From assembly GCA_963796115.1 (NCBI GenBank), contig CAWCKE010000006.1, positions 24,409 to 88,408 of the forward strand: DNA of 64,000 nt, in the 5' to 3' direction. The notes under the pieces are model-generated. The model searched no databases, was not told the origin of the DNA, and saw only the letters and a list, made by a program, of their open reading frames with translations. The DNA comes from an uncultured Acidimicrobiia bacterium (GTDB taxonomy: Bacteria; Actinomycetota; Acidimicrobiia; Spongiisociales; UBA11373). Shown piece after piece: positions 17,619 to 28,703 of the stretch (the first letter of the stretch is position 1; every line of letters starts with the position of its first letter). The translations under genes were made by a program, and so were the position numbers.

Positions 17619-19035
17619 TCAGCCGAGCCGCTGGCGGACCTCAGCGACCGTCGTCTTGGCATCCCCCAGCAGGAGCAGCGTCTTGGGGTCGTCGTACAGG
17701 GGGTTCTCCACGCCCGAGTAGCCGGGCCGGTCGTCGAGGTTGAACACGACCACGTGCTTGGCCTCGTGGGCCAGCAGGATCGGCATGCCGGAGATGGGGG
17801 TGCCGGTGGTGGTGACCGCCGCCGGGTTGACCACGTCGCAGGCCCCCACGACCAGTGCGAGGTCGGTGTCCTTGAGGCGGTCGTTCACCTGGCTCATCTC
17901 GTAGAGCGTGTCGGGGTCCACGTCGGCCTCGGCCAGCAGCACGTGCATGTGCCCGGGCATCCGGCCGGCGACGGGGTGGACGGCGAAGCGGACGTCGGCC
18001 CCGTTGCGGGTGAGGTGGTCGGCCAGGCCCGCCACCTCGAACTGGGCGTGGGCCAGGGCCATGCCGTAGCCCGGGATGATCACCACGGTGCGGGCTTCCC
18101 GCATGAGGTCGGCGGCGTAGCCGTAGGGGTCCTCGGGGGCGAGGCGACCGCCGGCGCCGGGACCTGCGACTCCGGCCGCCGGCCGGCATGGCCTCCTCGC
18201 CGGCGGCGGCCGGCGGCGCCGGCTTCAGGCCGGTGAACACGTTGAGGAGGCGCCGGTTCATCGCCTGGCACATGACCATGGTGAGGATCGAGCCGGAGGC
18301 CGCCACGGTGGCGCCGCAGGCGATGAGGAGCCGGTTCTCGATGACCACGCCGACGAGGGCCGCGGCAAAGCCGGCGGTGGCGTTCAGGAAGGAGATGAGC
18401 ACCGGCATGTCGGCCCCGCCGATGCGCACGGCGAACACCACGCCGAGGGCCACCGACAGGACGCCTATCACGATGAGGAGCAGGTGTACGGGCAGGCCGG
18501 CGCCGGCGGCCACGGCCACGCGCCGCCCCGAGGGCGAGGATCGCCAGGCCGGCGAGCACGGGGTTGTGGTAGCGGAGGACCAGCGGGGTCCCTTTGAGGC
18601 GGCCTGCCAGCTTGCCGGCGGCCACCATGCTGGCGCTGAAGGTGGCCGCGCCGATGAGCAGCCCGAGCAGGCCCGAGACCCGTGCCGATCATCGGCAGTG
18701 CCTCGGGGCCACGGGCGATTTCGACGTAGGAAACGAGGGCGGCGGCCACCCCGCCGCAGCCGTGCTGGAGGGCGACCATGGCCGGGATCTGCACCATGTC
18801 CACCCGGAGGGCGACGGCCCAGCCGATCAGGCCCCCCACGGCGCAAGCGACGGCGACCAGGGCGACGGCCGAGATCGGGTCGCGCCACAGGGCCACGCCG
18901 ATCGCGGCGGCCAGGGCCAGGGCCCCGGTCAGGTTGCCCCGCCGGGCGCCCTGGCGCGCGCGGAACTGCCAGATGCCGGCGGTGAGCAGCAGGACGATGG
19001 CGATGTCGATCAGGAGGCGCTGCCAGCCGCGTCAT
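17619..19035 (-). pseudogene. pntB: NAD(P) transhydrogenase subunit beta, at least 4 frame breaks
   Basis: The protein must be pieced from frames of ORFs 17641..19035, 18468..18896, 18080..18628, 17641..19035 again, then 17619..18104. Pieces: LLIDIAIVLLLTAGIWQF / ALWRDPISAV...PMIGTGLG / LLGLLIGAATFSASMVAAGKLAG / VAVAAGAGLPVHLLLIVIG...NVFTGLKP / VAGPGAGGRLAPEDPYGYAADLMREARTVVIIPGYGMA...HPVAGRMPGHMHVLLAEA. Breaks lie near 19015-19030, 18672-18680, 18515-18525 and 18165-18175. Confidence 0.85.
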
Positions 19036-19347
19036 CAGCGGCCCTCCTCCGGCTTGGTGTGGTCGGCCTCCCGCCTACGGAACATGCGCACCATGCGATC
19101 GGTGATGGCGAAGCCGCCGACCATGTTGAAGGCGGCGCCGAGCCAGGGCGATGGCCCCCAGCGTCTTCTCCAGCGCGGTGGTCGGCGTGGCGAACAGGAG
19201 CAGGGCGCCGAGCAGGGTCACCGCTGAGATGGCGTTGGTCATCGACATGAGGGGGGTGTGCAGCATCTGGGGGATGCGGGAGATGATCAGGTAGCCCACC
19301 CCGAAGGAGAACGCGAAGAAGCCGAGCATCAGCAGCAGGTCGGCCAC
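19035..19347 (-). pseudogene. pntAB: NAD(P) transhydrogenase subunit alpha part 2 (membrane), one frame break near 19135
   Basis: GTG 19347 follows a GGGGAGA RBS and gives VADLLLMLGFFAFSFGVGYLIISRIPQMLHTPLMSMTNAISAV...GAIALA. Sequence then shifts to GAAFNMVGGFAITDRMVRMFRRREADHTKPEEGR*, with TGA at 19035-19037 overlapping the pntB ATG. Confidence 0.8.
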
Positions 19348-19358
19348 ACCGTCTCCCC

Positions 19359-20528
<1,170 letters not shown>

Positions 20529-20775
20529 CGGCGACCTCCTCGCGGGTGATGTCGGGCACCCCCAAGGCGGCCACGCCCGCGCAGCATGGCCGGGGTGCAG
20601 CGATCTCGGCGGGGACCTGGCTCGGTCCTTTCCCACAGCCTGGCACGCCGCCGGGCCGCCCGCCAGTCAGGGACCATCGGTCGCCTGGCGCCCCGGGACA
20701 GGCCGGGATCGAAGGCCGGCTGCCCTGGCCGTAGGCCGGGCGGGGGGATAGGCTCGGAGCCGTCCAGCCCGGGAG

Positions 20776-21933
20776 GTGACTTTGCTCGATCGAAGCACCG
20801 TCGAGCGCCTGCGCGGCCTCGACACCGCCGGTCATCCCGTCGTCTCCGTCTACCTGGGCCTCAGCCCCGACCTCGACCAAGTGCGGTCGATCACCACGAG
20901 GCTGAAGGCGCTGGTCCATCCCCTGCGGGAGGGGCAGTCCGCCGGGCCGGCGGGCGACGCAGCCGGCCCGCTCCGGCAGGATCTGGACGCAGTGGTGGCC
21001 ATGGCCGATCGCGTCAGTGCCGATCTCGGCCGCGGCGGGGCGGCCCTCTTCGTGTGCTCCCCGGCCGGGTTGGCGGAGCACGTCAGCCTGCCCGCCCCGG
21101 TACGCGATCGGGCGGTGGTGGACACCACTCCCTACCTGGGTCCCCTGGAGGCGATGCTCGCTCACTTCCGGCGCTACTGCGCGGTGGTCATCGACCGCCG
21201 GATCGCCTCGATCTACCGGTTCCATATGGGGGCCCTGGAGTCCTGGGAGGTGATGGGCGAGGAGGAGATCCGCAAGGACAACTACGGCGGCTTCGCCGGT
21301 TCGTTGGAGCGGCGGGTGGGGGCGCACGCGCGTGTGGTGGCCCGCCGCCTCTTCCGCGGCGTGGCCGCCCGCGTCGGTGAGCTGTACCGCGCCGGGGAGT
21401 ACGACCTGCTCGCAGTGGGTGGGTTGCCGGCGAACGTGAGCGGCCTGGTGGCGGAGCTGCCCGCCGACCTGAAGTCCTGTCTCGCCGGCACCTTCACGAT
21501 CGATCCACGTCCCGCCACGCCGGCCGAGATCGAGGGCCACTGCCGTGCACTGGCCGAGGGGCACGACCGGGAGACCGACCTGCGCGTGGTGGAGGAGCTG
21601 ATGGAGGCCGCCGGGGCCCGCAGCCGGGGAGTGCTCGGCCTGGATCGCGTCCTCGACGCCGTCAACCAGCACGCCATCGACCGGCTGCTGCTCGATGCCG
21701 GGGAGACGGTCCCGGGGGTGGGCTGTCCCAGCTGCGGGTGGCTGGCTCGCAGCGGGGAGACCTGTGCGGCCTGCGGCGGCCCGACGCGCCGGGTGGCGGA
21801 CCTGTACGACGCCGCCGCCGAGGCGGTGCGGGTGGGAGGGGGATCGGTGCGCTACGTGCTGGCCGAGACGGCCCTGCGCCACTTCGAGGCGGGAGCCGTC
21901 ACCCGCTTCACCGTGGCGGCCATCGGGGGCTGA
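20776..21933 (+). CDS. bacterial eRF1/Pelota-like (baeRF, Vms1/Rv2629-like) protein with a C-terminal CxxC...CxxC zinc-ribbon insert
   Basis: 385 aa. N-terminus HPVVSVYLGLSPD resembles the actinobacterial eRF1-like family. Central NYGGFAG loop. The C-terminal domain GVLGLDRVLDAVNQHAIDRLLLDAGETVPGVGCPSCGWLARSGETCAACGG...VRYV resembles eRF1/Pelota domain 3. The assignment rests on my recognition of this pattern only. Confidence 0.5.
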   Translation: MTLLDRSTVERLRGLDTAGHPVVSVYLGLSPDLDQVRSITTRLKALVHPLREGQSAGPAGDAAGPLRQDLDAVVAMADRVSADLGRGGAALFVCSPAGLAEHVSLPAPVRDRAVVDTTPYLGPLEAMLAHFRRYCAVVIDRRIASIYRFHMGALESWEVMGEEEIRKDNYGGFAGSLERRVGAHARVVARRLFRGVAARVGELYRAGEYDLLAVGGLPANVSGLVAELPADLKSCLAGTFTIDPRPATPAEIEGHCRALAEGHDRETDLRVVEELMEAAGARSRGVLGLDRVLDAVNQHAIDRLLLDAGETVPGVGCPSCGWLARSGETCAACGGPTRRVADLYDAAAEAVRVGGGSVRYVLAETALRHFEAGAVTRFTVAAIGG

Positions 21934-21948
21934 GCGTCCGGTCCGTGG

Positions 21949-21975
21949 GGCCCGGGCGGGTGGCGCGCCCGGGCC
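21949..21975 (+). terminator. hairpin after the eRF1-like gene (10-bp stem)
   Basis: ggcccgggcg / ggtggcg / cgcccgggcc, starting 16 nt after the stop. Confidence 0.5.
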
Positions 21976-22033
21976 GGGCTATCGTGACCCGGCCCCTACC
22001 GCGAGGTGATCGAACCTGACCGCCGCTGCCCTG

Positions 22034-22598
22034 GTGCTCGCCGCCGGCGGCTCGCGTCGCCTGGGCCAGCCCAAGCAACTGCTCGACTGGGGCGGCCGGC
22101 CGCTGCTCGAGCGGGTGGTGGCCGCCGTGCACGCCTGGCCGGTGTCGCCGGTGGTCGTCGTGCTCGGCGCCCACGCCGACGACATCCTGGAGCGGGTCGA
22201 CCTGGGCGGGGCGCTGGTGGTGGTCAACCCGGAGTGGGAGGAGGGCATCGCTTCCTCGCTGCGGGTGGGCTTCGACCTGCTGGCCCGGGAGGTGACGGCC
22301 GACTGGGCGTTCGTGGCGCTCGGCGACCAGCCGCGTATCCCCCCCGACGTCCCGCCCGCCCTGCTGGCCGCCGCCGAGGGGAACGTCCGGGATGCCATCG
22401 TGCCGGTGTACCGCTACCAGCGCGGCAACCCGGTGCTGGTCGGCCGGCCCCTCTGGCCGCGGATGATGAGCCTGCAGGGTGATGCCGGCGCCGGCCGCGT
22501 CGCTGCGGGCCCATCCGGCCTGGGTGCTCGAGGTCCGCTTCGACCATGCCGCCCCGGGCGACGTGGACTCGCTCGCCGACCTCCAGGACCTCTCGTAG
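22034..22598 (+). pseudogene. mocA: MobA-like NTP transferase, probable molybdenum cofactor cytidylyltransferase; one extra base near 22497-22503
   Basis: LAAGGSRRLGQPKQLLDWGGRPLLERV...ALGDQPRIP...YRYQRGNPVL is followed, in the next frame, by LRAHPAWVLEVRFDHAAPGDVDSLADLQDLS* (TAG 22596-22598). The start may instead be CTG 22016. Length 565 = 1 mod 3. Confidence 0.75.
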
Positions 22599-22700
22599 GG
22601 CCCCCCTTGGCCCGGGCGCCGGGCGGTATCACCGACGGTATGCTGCGCGCGGCACCAGGCGAAGCAAGGGCGCGTGCCGCGAGTGCGGGAAAGGAGCACC

Positions 22701-23105
22701 ATGGCGACCATCGATGCGATCGAGGGGATCGGGGTCAAGAACGCGACGACCTTGCGCAAGGCCCGCATCCGGACCACCGAGGCTCTCCTCAAGGCAGGCG
22801 CCACCCGCAAGGGGCGCAAGGATCTGGCGGAGGTGACCGGGTTCAGTGAGCACATGATCCTCGAGTGGGTGAACCGGGCCGACCTGTTTCGGGTCAAGGG
22901 AGTGGGGGAGGAGTATTCCGATCTCCTGGAAGCGTGCGGGGTGGACACGGTCAAGGAGCTGCGGACGCGCAACCCGGGCAGCCTGCTCGCCAAGATGACC
23001 GCGATCAACGAGCAGAAGCGCCTGGTGCGCCGCCTGCCCACCGAGTCGATGGTGACCCGTTGGGTGGCCCACGCCAAGGAGCTCGTCCACATGGTGGAGC
23101 ACTAG
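22701..23105 (+). CDS. DUF4332 (helix-hairpin-helix) domain protein
   Basis: ATG 22701 follows a GAAAGGAG RBS. IEGIGVKNATTLRKARIRTTEALL...LEWVNRADLFRVKGVGEEYSDLLEACGVDTVKELRTRNP matches the DUF4332 pattern. Confidence 0.7.
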   Translation: MATIDAIEGIGVKNATTLRKARIRTTEALLKAGATRKGRKDLAEVTGFSEHMILEWVNRADLFRVKGVGEEYSDLLEACGVDTVKELRTRNPGSLLAKMTAINEQKRLVRRLPTESMVTRWVAHAKELVHMVEH

Positions 23106-23117
23106 CGGCCCTTTTCG

Positions 23118-23143
23118 GCGAGGGGCCCTGCGGGGCCCCTCGC
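23118..23143 (+). terminator. hairpin after the DUF4332 gene (11-bp stem, 4-nt loop)
   Basis: gcgaggggccc / tgcg / gggcccctcgc, preceded by a short T run (cttttc). Confidence 0.55.
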
Positions 23144-23227
23144 TCGCGTCCGGGAGGCCCCGCTCCCCGGTGAGGTCGCCGCACCGGCGGACTATCGTCG
23201 CCCCGGCCGCGGCCCGAGGACCGGTGC

Positions 23228-24265
23228 ATGACGACAGGCAAGAACGGCGACGAGTCGTTGATCATCGTGATGTCTCCCGACGCGGGGCCGGGCGACCTCG
23301 ACCGGGTGCTGGGCCGCCTCAAGGAGGCGGGAGCGGAGGTGCACGTGTCGGTGGGCCAGCGCCGCACCGTGATCGGGGCGGTCGGCGACGGCCTGCAGCT
23401 CCAGCAGCTGCCCTGGGAGGCCTTCGCCGGGGTGGAGCGGGCAGTGCCGGTGCTCGCCCCTTTCCGTTTCGTGAGCCGCGACTTCCAGCCGGAAAGCACG
23501 GTGGTGGACGTCGGCGGGGTGCGGATAGGCGGCGGTGCCTTCACCGTGATCGCCGGCCCCTGCGCGGTGGAGAGCCGGGACCAGCTGTTCGCCGCAGCCG
23601 AGGCGGTCAAAGCCGCCGGCGCCTCCATCCTGCGCGGCGACGCCTTCAAGCCGCGCACCTCCCCCTATGCCTTCCAGGGGCTGGGGGAGGAGGCGCTCGA
23701 CCTGCTCGCCGAGGCCAGAGAGCGTTTCGGGCTGCCCTTCGTCGCCGAGGTGCTCGACCCGCGCCACGTGGAGCTGGTGGCGGGCTACGCCGACCTCATC
23801 CGCATCGGCACCCGCAACATGTCCAACTTCACGCTCCTGGCCGAGCTGGGGCGCCAACCCAAGCCGGTGATGCTCAAGCGGGGCTTCACCGCCACCATCG
23901 AAGAGTGGCTCAGCGCCGCCGAGTACATCTACAAAGAGGGCAATCACCAGATCGTGCTGTGCGAGCGGGGGATCCGCACCTTCGAGACCCAGACCCGCAA
24001 CACCCTGGACATCTCGGCGGTGCCGTTGGTGCAGGGCCTCTCCCACTTGCCGGTGATGGTGGACCCCTCGCACTCCGCGGGCCGGCGGTCGCTGGTGGCG
24101 CCGTTGACCCTGGCCGCCCTGGCCGTCGGGGCCGACGGGGCGATCATCGACGTGCACCCCGCCCCGGAGACCGCCCTGGTGGACGGCCCGCAGGCCATCC
24201 TGCCCGCCGAGTTCGCCGACCTCATGGTGCGGGTGCGCTCGGTCGCCGCGGTGCTCGGCCGCTGA
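23228..24265 (+). CDS. aroF: 3-deoxy-7-phosphoheptulonate (DAHP) synthase, type I-beta with N-terminal regulatory domain
   Basis: GPCAVESRDQL, RGDAFKPRTSPYAFQGLG, IGTRNMSNF, KRGFTATIEEW and VMVDPSHSAGRR are present, plus a roughly 70-aa ferredoxin-like N-terminal extension. Confidence 0.9.
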   Translation: MTTGKNGDESLIIVMSPDAGPGDLDRVLGRLKEAGAEVHVSVGQRRTVIGAVGDGLQLQQLPWEAFAGVERAVPVLAPFRFVSRDFQPESTVVDVGGVRIGGGAFTVIAGPCAVESRDQLFAAAEAVKAAGASILRGDAFKPRTSPYAFQGLGEEALDLLAEARERFGLPFVAEVLDPRHVELVAGYADLIRIGTRNMSNFTLLAELGRQPKPVMLKRGFTATIEEWLSAAEYIYKEGNHQIVLCERGIRTFETQTRNTLDISAVPLVQGLSHLPVMVDPSHSAGRRSLVAPLTLAALAVGADGAIIDVHPAPETALVDGPQAILPAEFADLMVRVRSVAAVLGR

Positions 24266-24281
24266 GCCATCCGGCCGGCTG

Positions 24282-27185
24282 TCAGGCCCCGGGCTTCTCG
24301 CCGAAGAAGACTCGCTCGAAGGCGCGGCGGCTGCGCCGGGTTGCCCGCCGGTAGTCCTCGCGCAGCGCCGCTCGGGGGTTCGCTCCGTAGCCGAGGGACC
24401 GGGCGAGCCGGGTCACCTCTGCCGGGTCGGCAGGCAGTGAGTCGCGGGCCCGGCCCGCCTGCAGGAACAGCCGGTTGCGCACCCGGGCGCACAGCCGGTA
24501 GGCGGCGCGCCAGGCCGCGGCGTCGGCGGGGGTGGCGAGCCCCGCCTCCTCCAGGGCGGCCAGGGCGGCCAGCGTGCCCGGTTCCCGGACGCCGAGGTGG
24601 AGGTGCCCGTGGCGGAGTTGGAGCAGCTGCACCGCCCACTCCACGTCGGCCATGGCCCCCCGCCCCAGCTTGGTGTGGAAGCGGGCATCCTCGTGGGCTG
24701 GGATGCGCTCCCGCTCCACGCGGGCCTTGAGGTGCCGGACCTGGCGTTCCTCCTCGGCGCTGAGGCCGGGCCCATAGACCCACTGCGCGGCGGCGGCCAG
24801 GAACTCCGCCCCGAGCCCGGCGTCCCCGGCGGCGTGGCGGGCCCGGAGCAGGGCCTGGCGCTCCCAGGGCTCCGCCCAGCGGTCCCAGTAGGCCCGGTAG
24901 GCATCGAGGGAACGAGCCGCCGCCCCTTGTCGGCCCTCCGGCCGGAGGCCGAGGTCGAGGGCCAGGCTGTTGCCCAGCGGGCCGCCCGGCCCCAGGGCCT
25001 CCAGCAACGACTCGACCGCCCGGCGGGCGGCGCTCGCCTCGTCGGAGATCTCCGCCGTCGAGCGGTAGACGACCAGGGCGTCGAGGTCCGAGGCGAAGTT
25101 GAGCTCCCGGCCTCCCCACGTGCCGACGGCGATCACCGCCAGGGGGGGCGGGGGCGGGCCCTGGTCGGCTGCCCGGCGCACCGCCGCCCCGAGGGCGGCC
25201 CCCACCACGGCGTCGGCCAGGTCGCTGAGGTGCCGCCCGACGGTGATCTCGTCGCAGCCCCCGACCAGGTCGCGGGCGGCGACCCAGAGCAGGTGCGCCT
25301 CGAGGAAGCGGTGCAGGCCGGTGACGACCTCTTCCCAGCCGGGGCGCACCGCCAAGCGGCGCTCGGCCTCGGCGGCCAGGGCCTCCCGGGCAGGGAAGGC
25401 GGCCAGCGCCTCGTCGCTGCCGAGGCGGGAGAGGGCCGGGGGGAGGCGGTCGAGGAGTTGCCCGAGCAGGCGGCTGGTGCCGAGCAGGGTGCACAGGCGC
25501 TCGGCGGCGACCGGGTTGTCCCGCATGGCGGCGACGAGCTCGGTGTTGTCCTCGCTGGAGGTGACCAGGAGGCGCAGCTGGTCCAGCCCGAGGTCGGGGT
25601 CGGGGGCGTCCGAGAGCCATCCCATCATCAAGGGGAGGAGCTGCTGCATCAGCCGGCTGCGGCGGGAGAGCCCGGTGGTGAGCTCCTCGAAGGCGCGCCG
25701 TGCCCCGTCGGCGTCCTGGAAGCCGAGGGCGGCCAGCTGGCGGACGGCTCCCTCGGTGGTGAGGCCGGCGGCCGGCGAGGCGGCGAAGGCCTCCAGCAGG
25801 GGCCGGTAGAAGAGGCGCTGGTGGATGGCGCGCACCGCCGCCCGCTTCTCGACCAGGTCGGCCGAGAAGCGCTCGTGGGCCGCCCCGGCCGGGCCGTCGC
25901 GGTAGCCCATGGCCTTGGCCAGCCGATCGCGCTCGGCCGGCTCGTCGGGCACCCGGTGGGTACGGCGCAGGTCCACCAGCTGCAGCCGATGCTCCACCGT
26001 GCGCAGCCAGGTGTACGCGTCCGCCAGCGCGGCGGCGTCGTCGGGGCTCACGTAGCCCGCCTCCCCCAGGGAGCGCAGGGCGGCCAGGGTGTTGCCGCTG
26101 CGGATGGACGGGTCGGCCCGGCCGTGGACCAGTTGGAGCAACTGGACGGCGAACTCCACGTCGCGGATCCCGCCCACCCCCCGCTTGATCTCGTTGGGGC
26201 TGCGGCGGGCCGCGGCCTCGGTCCGCCCCTTCATCGCGCGGATCTCCCGTACGGCGTCGGGGCCGAGGGTCTCGGGGTACACGAATCGGCCGGCGGCCTC
26301 CTGGAAGGAGCGGCCGAGGTCGGGGTCGCCGGCCGCGATGCGGGCCTTGATGAGCGCCTGCAGCTCCCAGGGCTGGGCCCAGCGCTCCCAGTAGGCGTGG
26401 TACGAGCCCACCGTGCGGGCCAGGGGGCCGGCCTTCCCCTCGGGGCGGAGGCCCGGGTCCACCCGGAAGGAGAACCCGTCGGGAGCGGGCCCTCCCAGGC
26501 ACTCGAGGAAGGCCTCGGCCAGCCGCCGGGCGCGGCGTCCCGCCTCCTCGGCGCTGTCCCCGTCGGGCACCCCGTAGACGAAGAGCAGGTCCACGTCGGA
26601 GGCGTAGTTGAGCTCCCGCCCACCCCACTTGCCCATCGCCACCACGGCGAAGGGCAGCGTCTCCCCGGGGCAGCAGAGGAAGGCCGCCTCCAGGGCGGCA
26701 CGGGCGGCGTCGTCGGCCACCACGCTGAGGGACTCGCCCACCGCCGGCATGTCCAGGCGGCCGGTGAGGTCACCGACCGCGACCGCCAGCAGGCCCTCTC
26801 CCGCCCGCCGGCGCAGAGCGGTGAGGTCGGTCCGCCGGTTGCCGGTTGGGGGAGGCGGGGGAGGGGGAGGCAGGGCGGAGAGGGCCCGGCGCAGGGCGGC
26901 GGGGTCGGCGGCGCCCAGGCGGCAGAGCTCCCGGGTCGCCCCGGCCAGGGCCACCAGGCCCCGTCCGAGGCCGGGGTCGGCCAGGGCATCGGCCCCCAGT
27001 GCCGGGTCGGCGCCCAGCAGGCTGCCGAGGCGGCGGAGGGCGCCTTCGGGGTCGGGGCCCCGGGCCAGCTCAGCCAGCAGCGCGGCGGCCGCCGGCACGG
27101 GGGTGCCCGCAGCCAGCCAGCCGGCGGCGGCCACGGAAGGCGGCAGGTCGGAGGGCAAGTGCAGCCGGGCCGGCCCGTCGGTCAT
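24282..27185 (-). CDS. glnE: bifunctional glutamine synthetase adenylyltransferase/adenylyl-removing enzyme
   Basis: 967 aa, uninterrupted. Two nucleotidyltransferase modules (GKWGGRELNYASDVDLLFVY and GTWGGRELNFASDLDALVVY), each followed by a GlnE helical region. Confidence 0.95.
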   Translation of the reverse strand: MTDGPARLHLPSDLPPSVAAAGWLAAGTPVPAAAALLAELARGPDPEGALRRLGSLLGADPALGADALADPGLGRGLVALAGATRELCRLGAADPAALRRALSALPPPPPPPPTGNRRTDLTALRRRAGEGLLAVAVGDLTGRLDMPAVGESLSVVADDAARAALEAAFLCCPGETLPFAVVAMGKWGGRELNYASDVDLLFVYGVPDGDSAEEAGRRARRLAEAFLECLGGPAPDGFSFRVDPGLRPEGKAGPLARTVGSYHAYWERWAQPWELQALIKARIAAGDPDLGRSFQEAAGRFVYPETLGPDAVREIRAMKGRTEAAARRSPNEIKRGVGGIRDVEFAVQLLQLVHGRADPSIRSGNTLAALRSLGEAGYVSPDDAAALADAYTWLRTVEHRLQLVDLRRTHRVPDEPAERDRLAKAMGYRDGPAGAAHERFSADLVEKRAAVRAIHQRLFYRPLLEAFAASPAAGLTTEGAVRQLAALGFQDADGARRAFEELTTGLSRRSRLMQQLLPLMMGWLSDAPDPDLGLDQLRLLVTSSEDNTELVAAMRDNPVAAERLCTLLGTSRLLGQLLDRLPPALSRLGSDEALAAFPAREALAAEAERRLAVRPGWEEVVTGLHRFLEAHLLWVAARDLVGGCDEITVGRHLSDLADAVVGAALGAAVRRAADQGPPPPPLAVIAVGTWGGRELNFASDLDALVVYRSTAEISDEASAARRAVESLLEALGPGGPLGNSLALDLGLRPEGRQGAAARSLDAYRAYWDRWAEPWERQALLRARHAAGDAGLGAEFLAAAAQWVYGPGLSAEEERQVRHLKARVERERIPAHEDARFHTKLGRGAMADVEWAVQLLQLRHGHLHLGVREPGTLAALAALEEAGLATPADAAAWRAAYRLCARVRNRLFLQAGRARDSLPADPAEVTRLARSLGYGANPRAALREDYRRATRRSRRAFERVFFGEKPGA

Positions 27186-27240
27186 GGGTGAAGGCTAGGT
27201 GCGGACCGCAGGGAGGGGAGGCTCGTTAACCTCTCTCCCC

Positions 27241-28065
27241 ATGCGAGTGCTCATCGACGGTGTCGAGGTGGCCGAGGCGGAAGCCGGCGTTTCCATCTTC
27301 GACTGGGGCCTGCAGCGCGGGTTCGGCTGCTTCGAGGTGATCAGGGCGTACGGCGGCCGCCCCTTCCGGCTCGGGGCCCATCTGGACCGCCTCGCCCGGA
27401 GCGCCGCCACGCTGGGCATGCCGGCGCCGCCGCGGGAATCGGTCGAGGAGTGGGTGCGGGCGGTGAGCCGGGCCGGCGGCGACTGCCAGGTGCGGGTGCT
27501 GCTCACCGGCGGGGGGCGCGACCCGCTGCAGCCGGTCCCCGGGCGGACGGTGGTGCTGTGGGAGCCTCTCCCCGAGGCGCGTTCGCCCCTGCGTCTCCTC
27601 CCCGTCGAAGCGCCGTGGCACCCCGCCACCGACCGCTCCCCCTTCTACGCGGTCAAGTGGCTCTCGTACGCGGCCAACATGGCCAGCACCGACATCGCCA
27701 GGCGCGAGGGGTACGACGAGGCCCTGCTGCTCTCGCCCGACGGCCTGGTGCTCGAGGGGCCCACCTTCTCGGTGGCGTGGGTCACCGCCGGGCGCCTGGA
27801 GACCCCGGCGCTGTCCCTGGGCATCCTCCCTTCGATCACCCGTGCGGTGGTGCTCGGCGAGGCCGCCGGGCGGGCCGGCCTGGAGGTGGCGGAGGGGGTC
27901 TTCCCCCTGGATCGGCTCCTCGCCGCCGACGAGGGCCTGGTGCTGTCCACCGTCAAGGAAGTCGTCCCCATCGGGGCGGTGGGGGATCGGTCCCTGCCCG
28001 TCGGGGACGCGGGGCGCCGCCTGGCCGCGGCCTTCCGGGCGATCGTGGCCGAGGAGACCGGGTAG
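27241..28065 (+). CDS. class IV aminotransferase-fold protein (branched-chain/D-amino-acid aminotransferase or aminodeoxychorismate lyase)
   Basis: FDWGLQRGFGCFEVIRAYGGRPFRLGAHLDRLARSA...YAVKWLSYAANMAS...EALLLSPDGLVLEGPTFSV...GILPSITR. ATG 27241 preferred over the upstream in-frame start at 27199. Confidence 0.8.
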   Translation: MRVLIDGVEVAEAEAGVSIFDWGLQRGFGCFEVIRAYGGRPFRLGAHLDRLARSAATLGMPAPPRESVEEWVRAVSRAGGDCQVRVLLTGGGRDPLQPVPGRTVVLWEPLPEARSPLRLLPVEAPWHPATDRSPFYAVKWLSYAANMASTDIARREGYDEALLLSPDGLVLEGPTFSVAWVTAGRLETPALSLGILPSITRAVVLGEAAGRAGLEVAEGVFPLDRLLAADEGLVLSTVKEVVPIGAVGDRSLPVGDAGRRLAAAFRAIVAEETG

Positions 28066-28068
28066 GAG

Positions 28069-28494
28069 GTGGCCGGGTACCTCCTGGTGGTGGCGGCCAT
28101 CGACTCGCTCTTCGAGCGGGCCGCCGCCGACCCGTCCGCCGGCGCCGACGAGTTCCTCGCCGCCTGGCTCGAGGAGGCGCTGGGGGTGGCCGGGCCGCCG
28201 GTGGAAAAGGAACTGGCCCGGCAGGTGCGCCGGGCGGCTCGTCTGGGGGGCCGGCTCGCCCGCTACTGGGGCGACCCCGAGCGGGCCCCACGCCGCCCGG
28301 CCGACTGGCGGCAGGCGGTGGATGCCGCCCTGGGGAGCCGGGGCTGGGAGCCTTCGCTGGAGGTGGCCCGGCGCGGCCTCGAGATGGAGCCCTCTCCGGC
28401 CCTGTTCGAGGAGGTGCGCCGCCGCTGGCGCCAGGTGCACTTCGCCCCCTGGATGGAGGGGGTCACCTACCAGGAGTGGCTCCGGGAACGGTGA
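28069..28494 (+). CDS. hypothetical protein (141 aa)
   Basis: High-GC3 ORF starting 4 nt after the upstream stop. I recognise no family and the start is uncertain. Confidence 0.4.
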   Translation: MAGYLLVVAAIDSLFERAAADPSAGADEFLAAWLEEALGVAGPPVEKELARQVRRAARLGGRLARYWGDPERAPRRPADWRQAVDAALGSRGWEPSLEVARRGLEMEPSPALFEEVRRRWRQVHFAPWMEGVTYQEWLRER

Positions 28495-28703
28495 GGGGTC
28501 GTGCGACCACGGCCGCTCCCCCTATGAGCGATGACCGGCGCCCCGACTCCCTCCGGAAAATCGCGCTCTGCGCACATCGGCCGGGACCAACGCGTATGCT
28601 CTCCGCAGGAGGGGCCTCGGGCCCCAGGGGGTAGGAAGGCGGGCATCTGTTGAGCGCTCCGGTGGCGTCTGCCGAAGTGCTCCCGGCAGAGGGAGAGGGA
28701 CCT

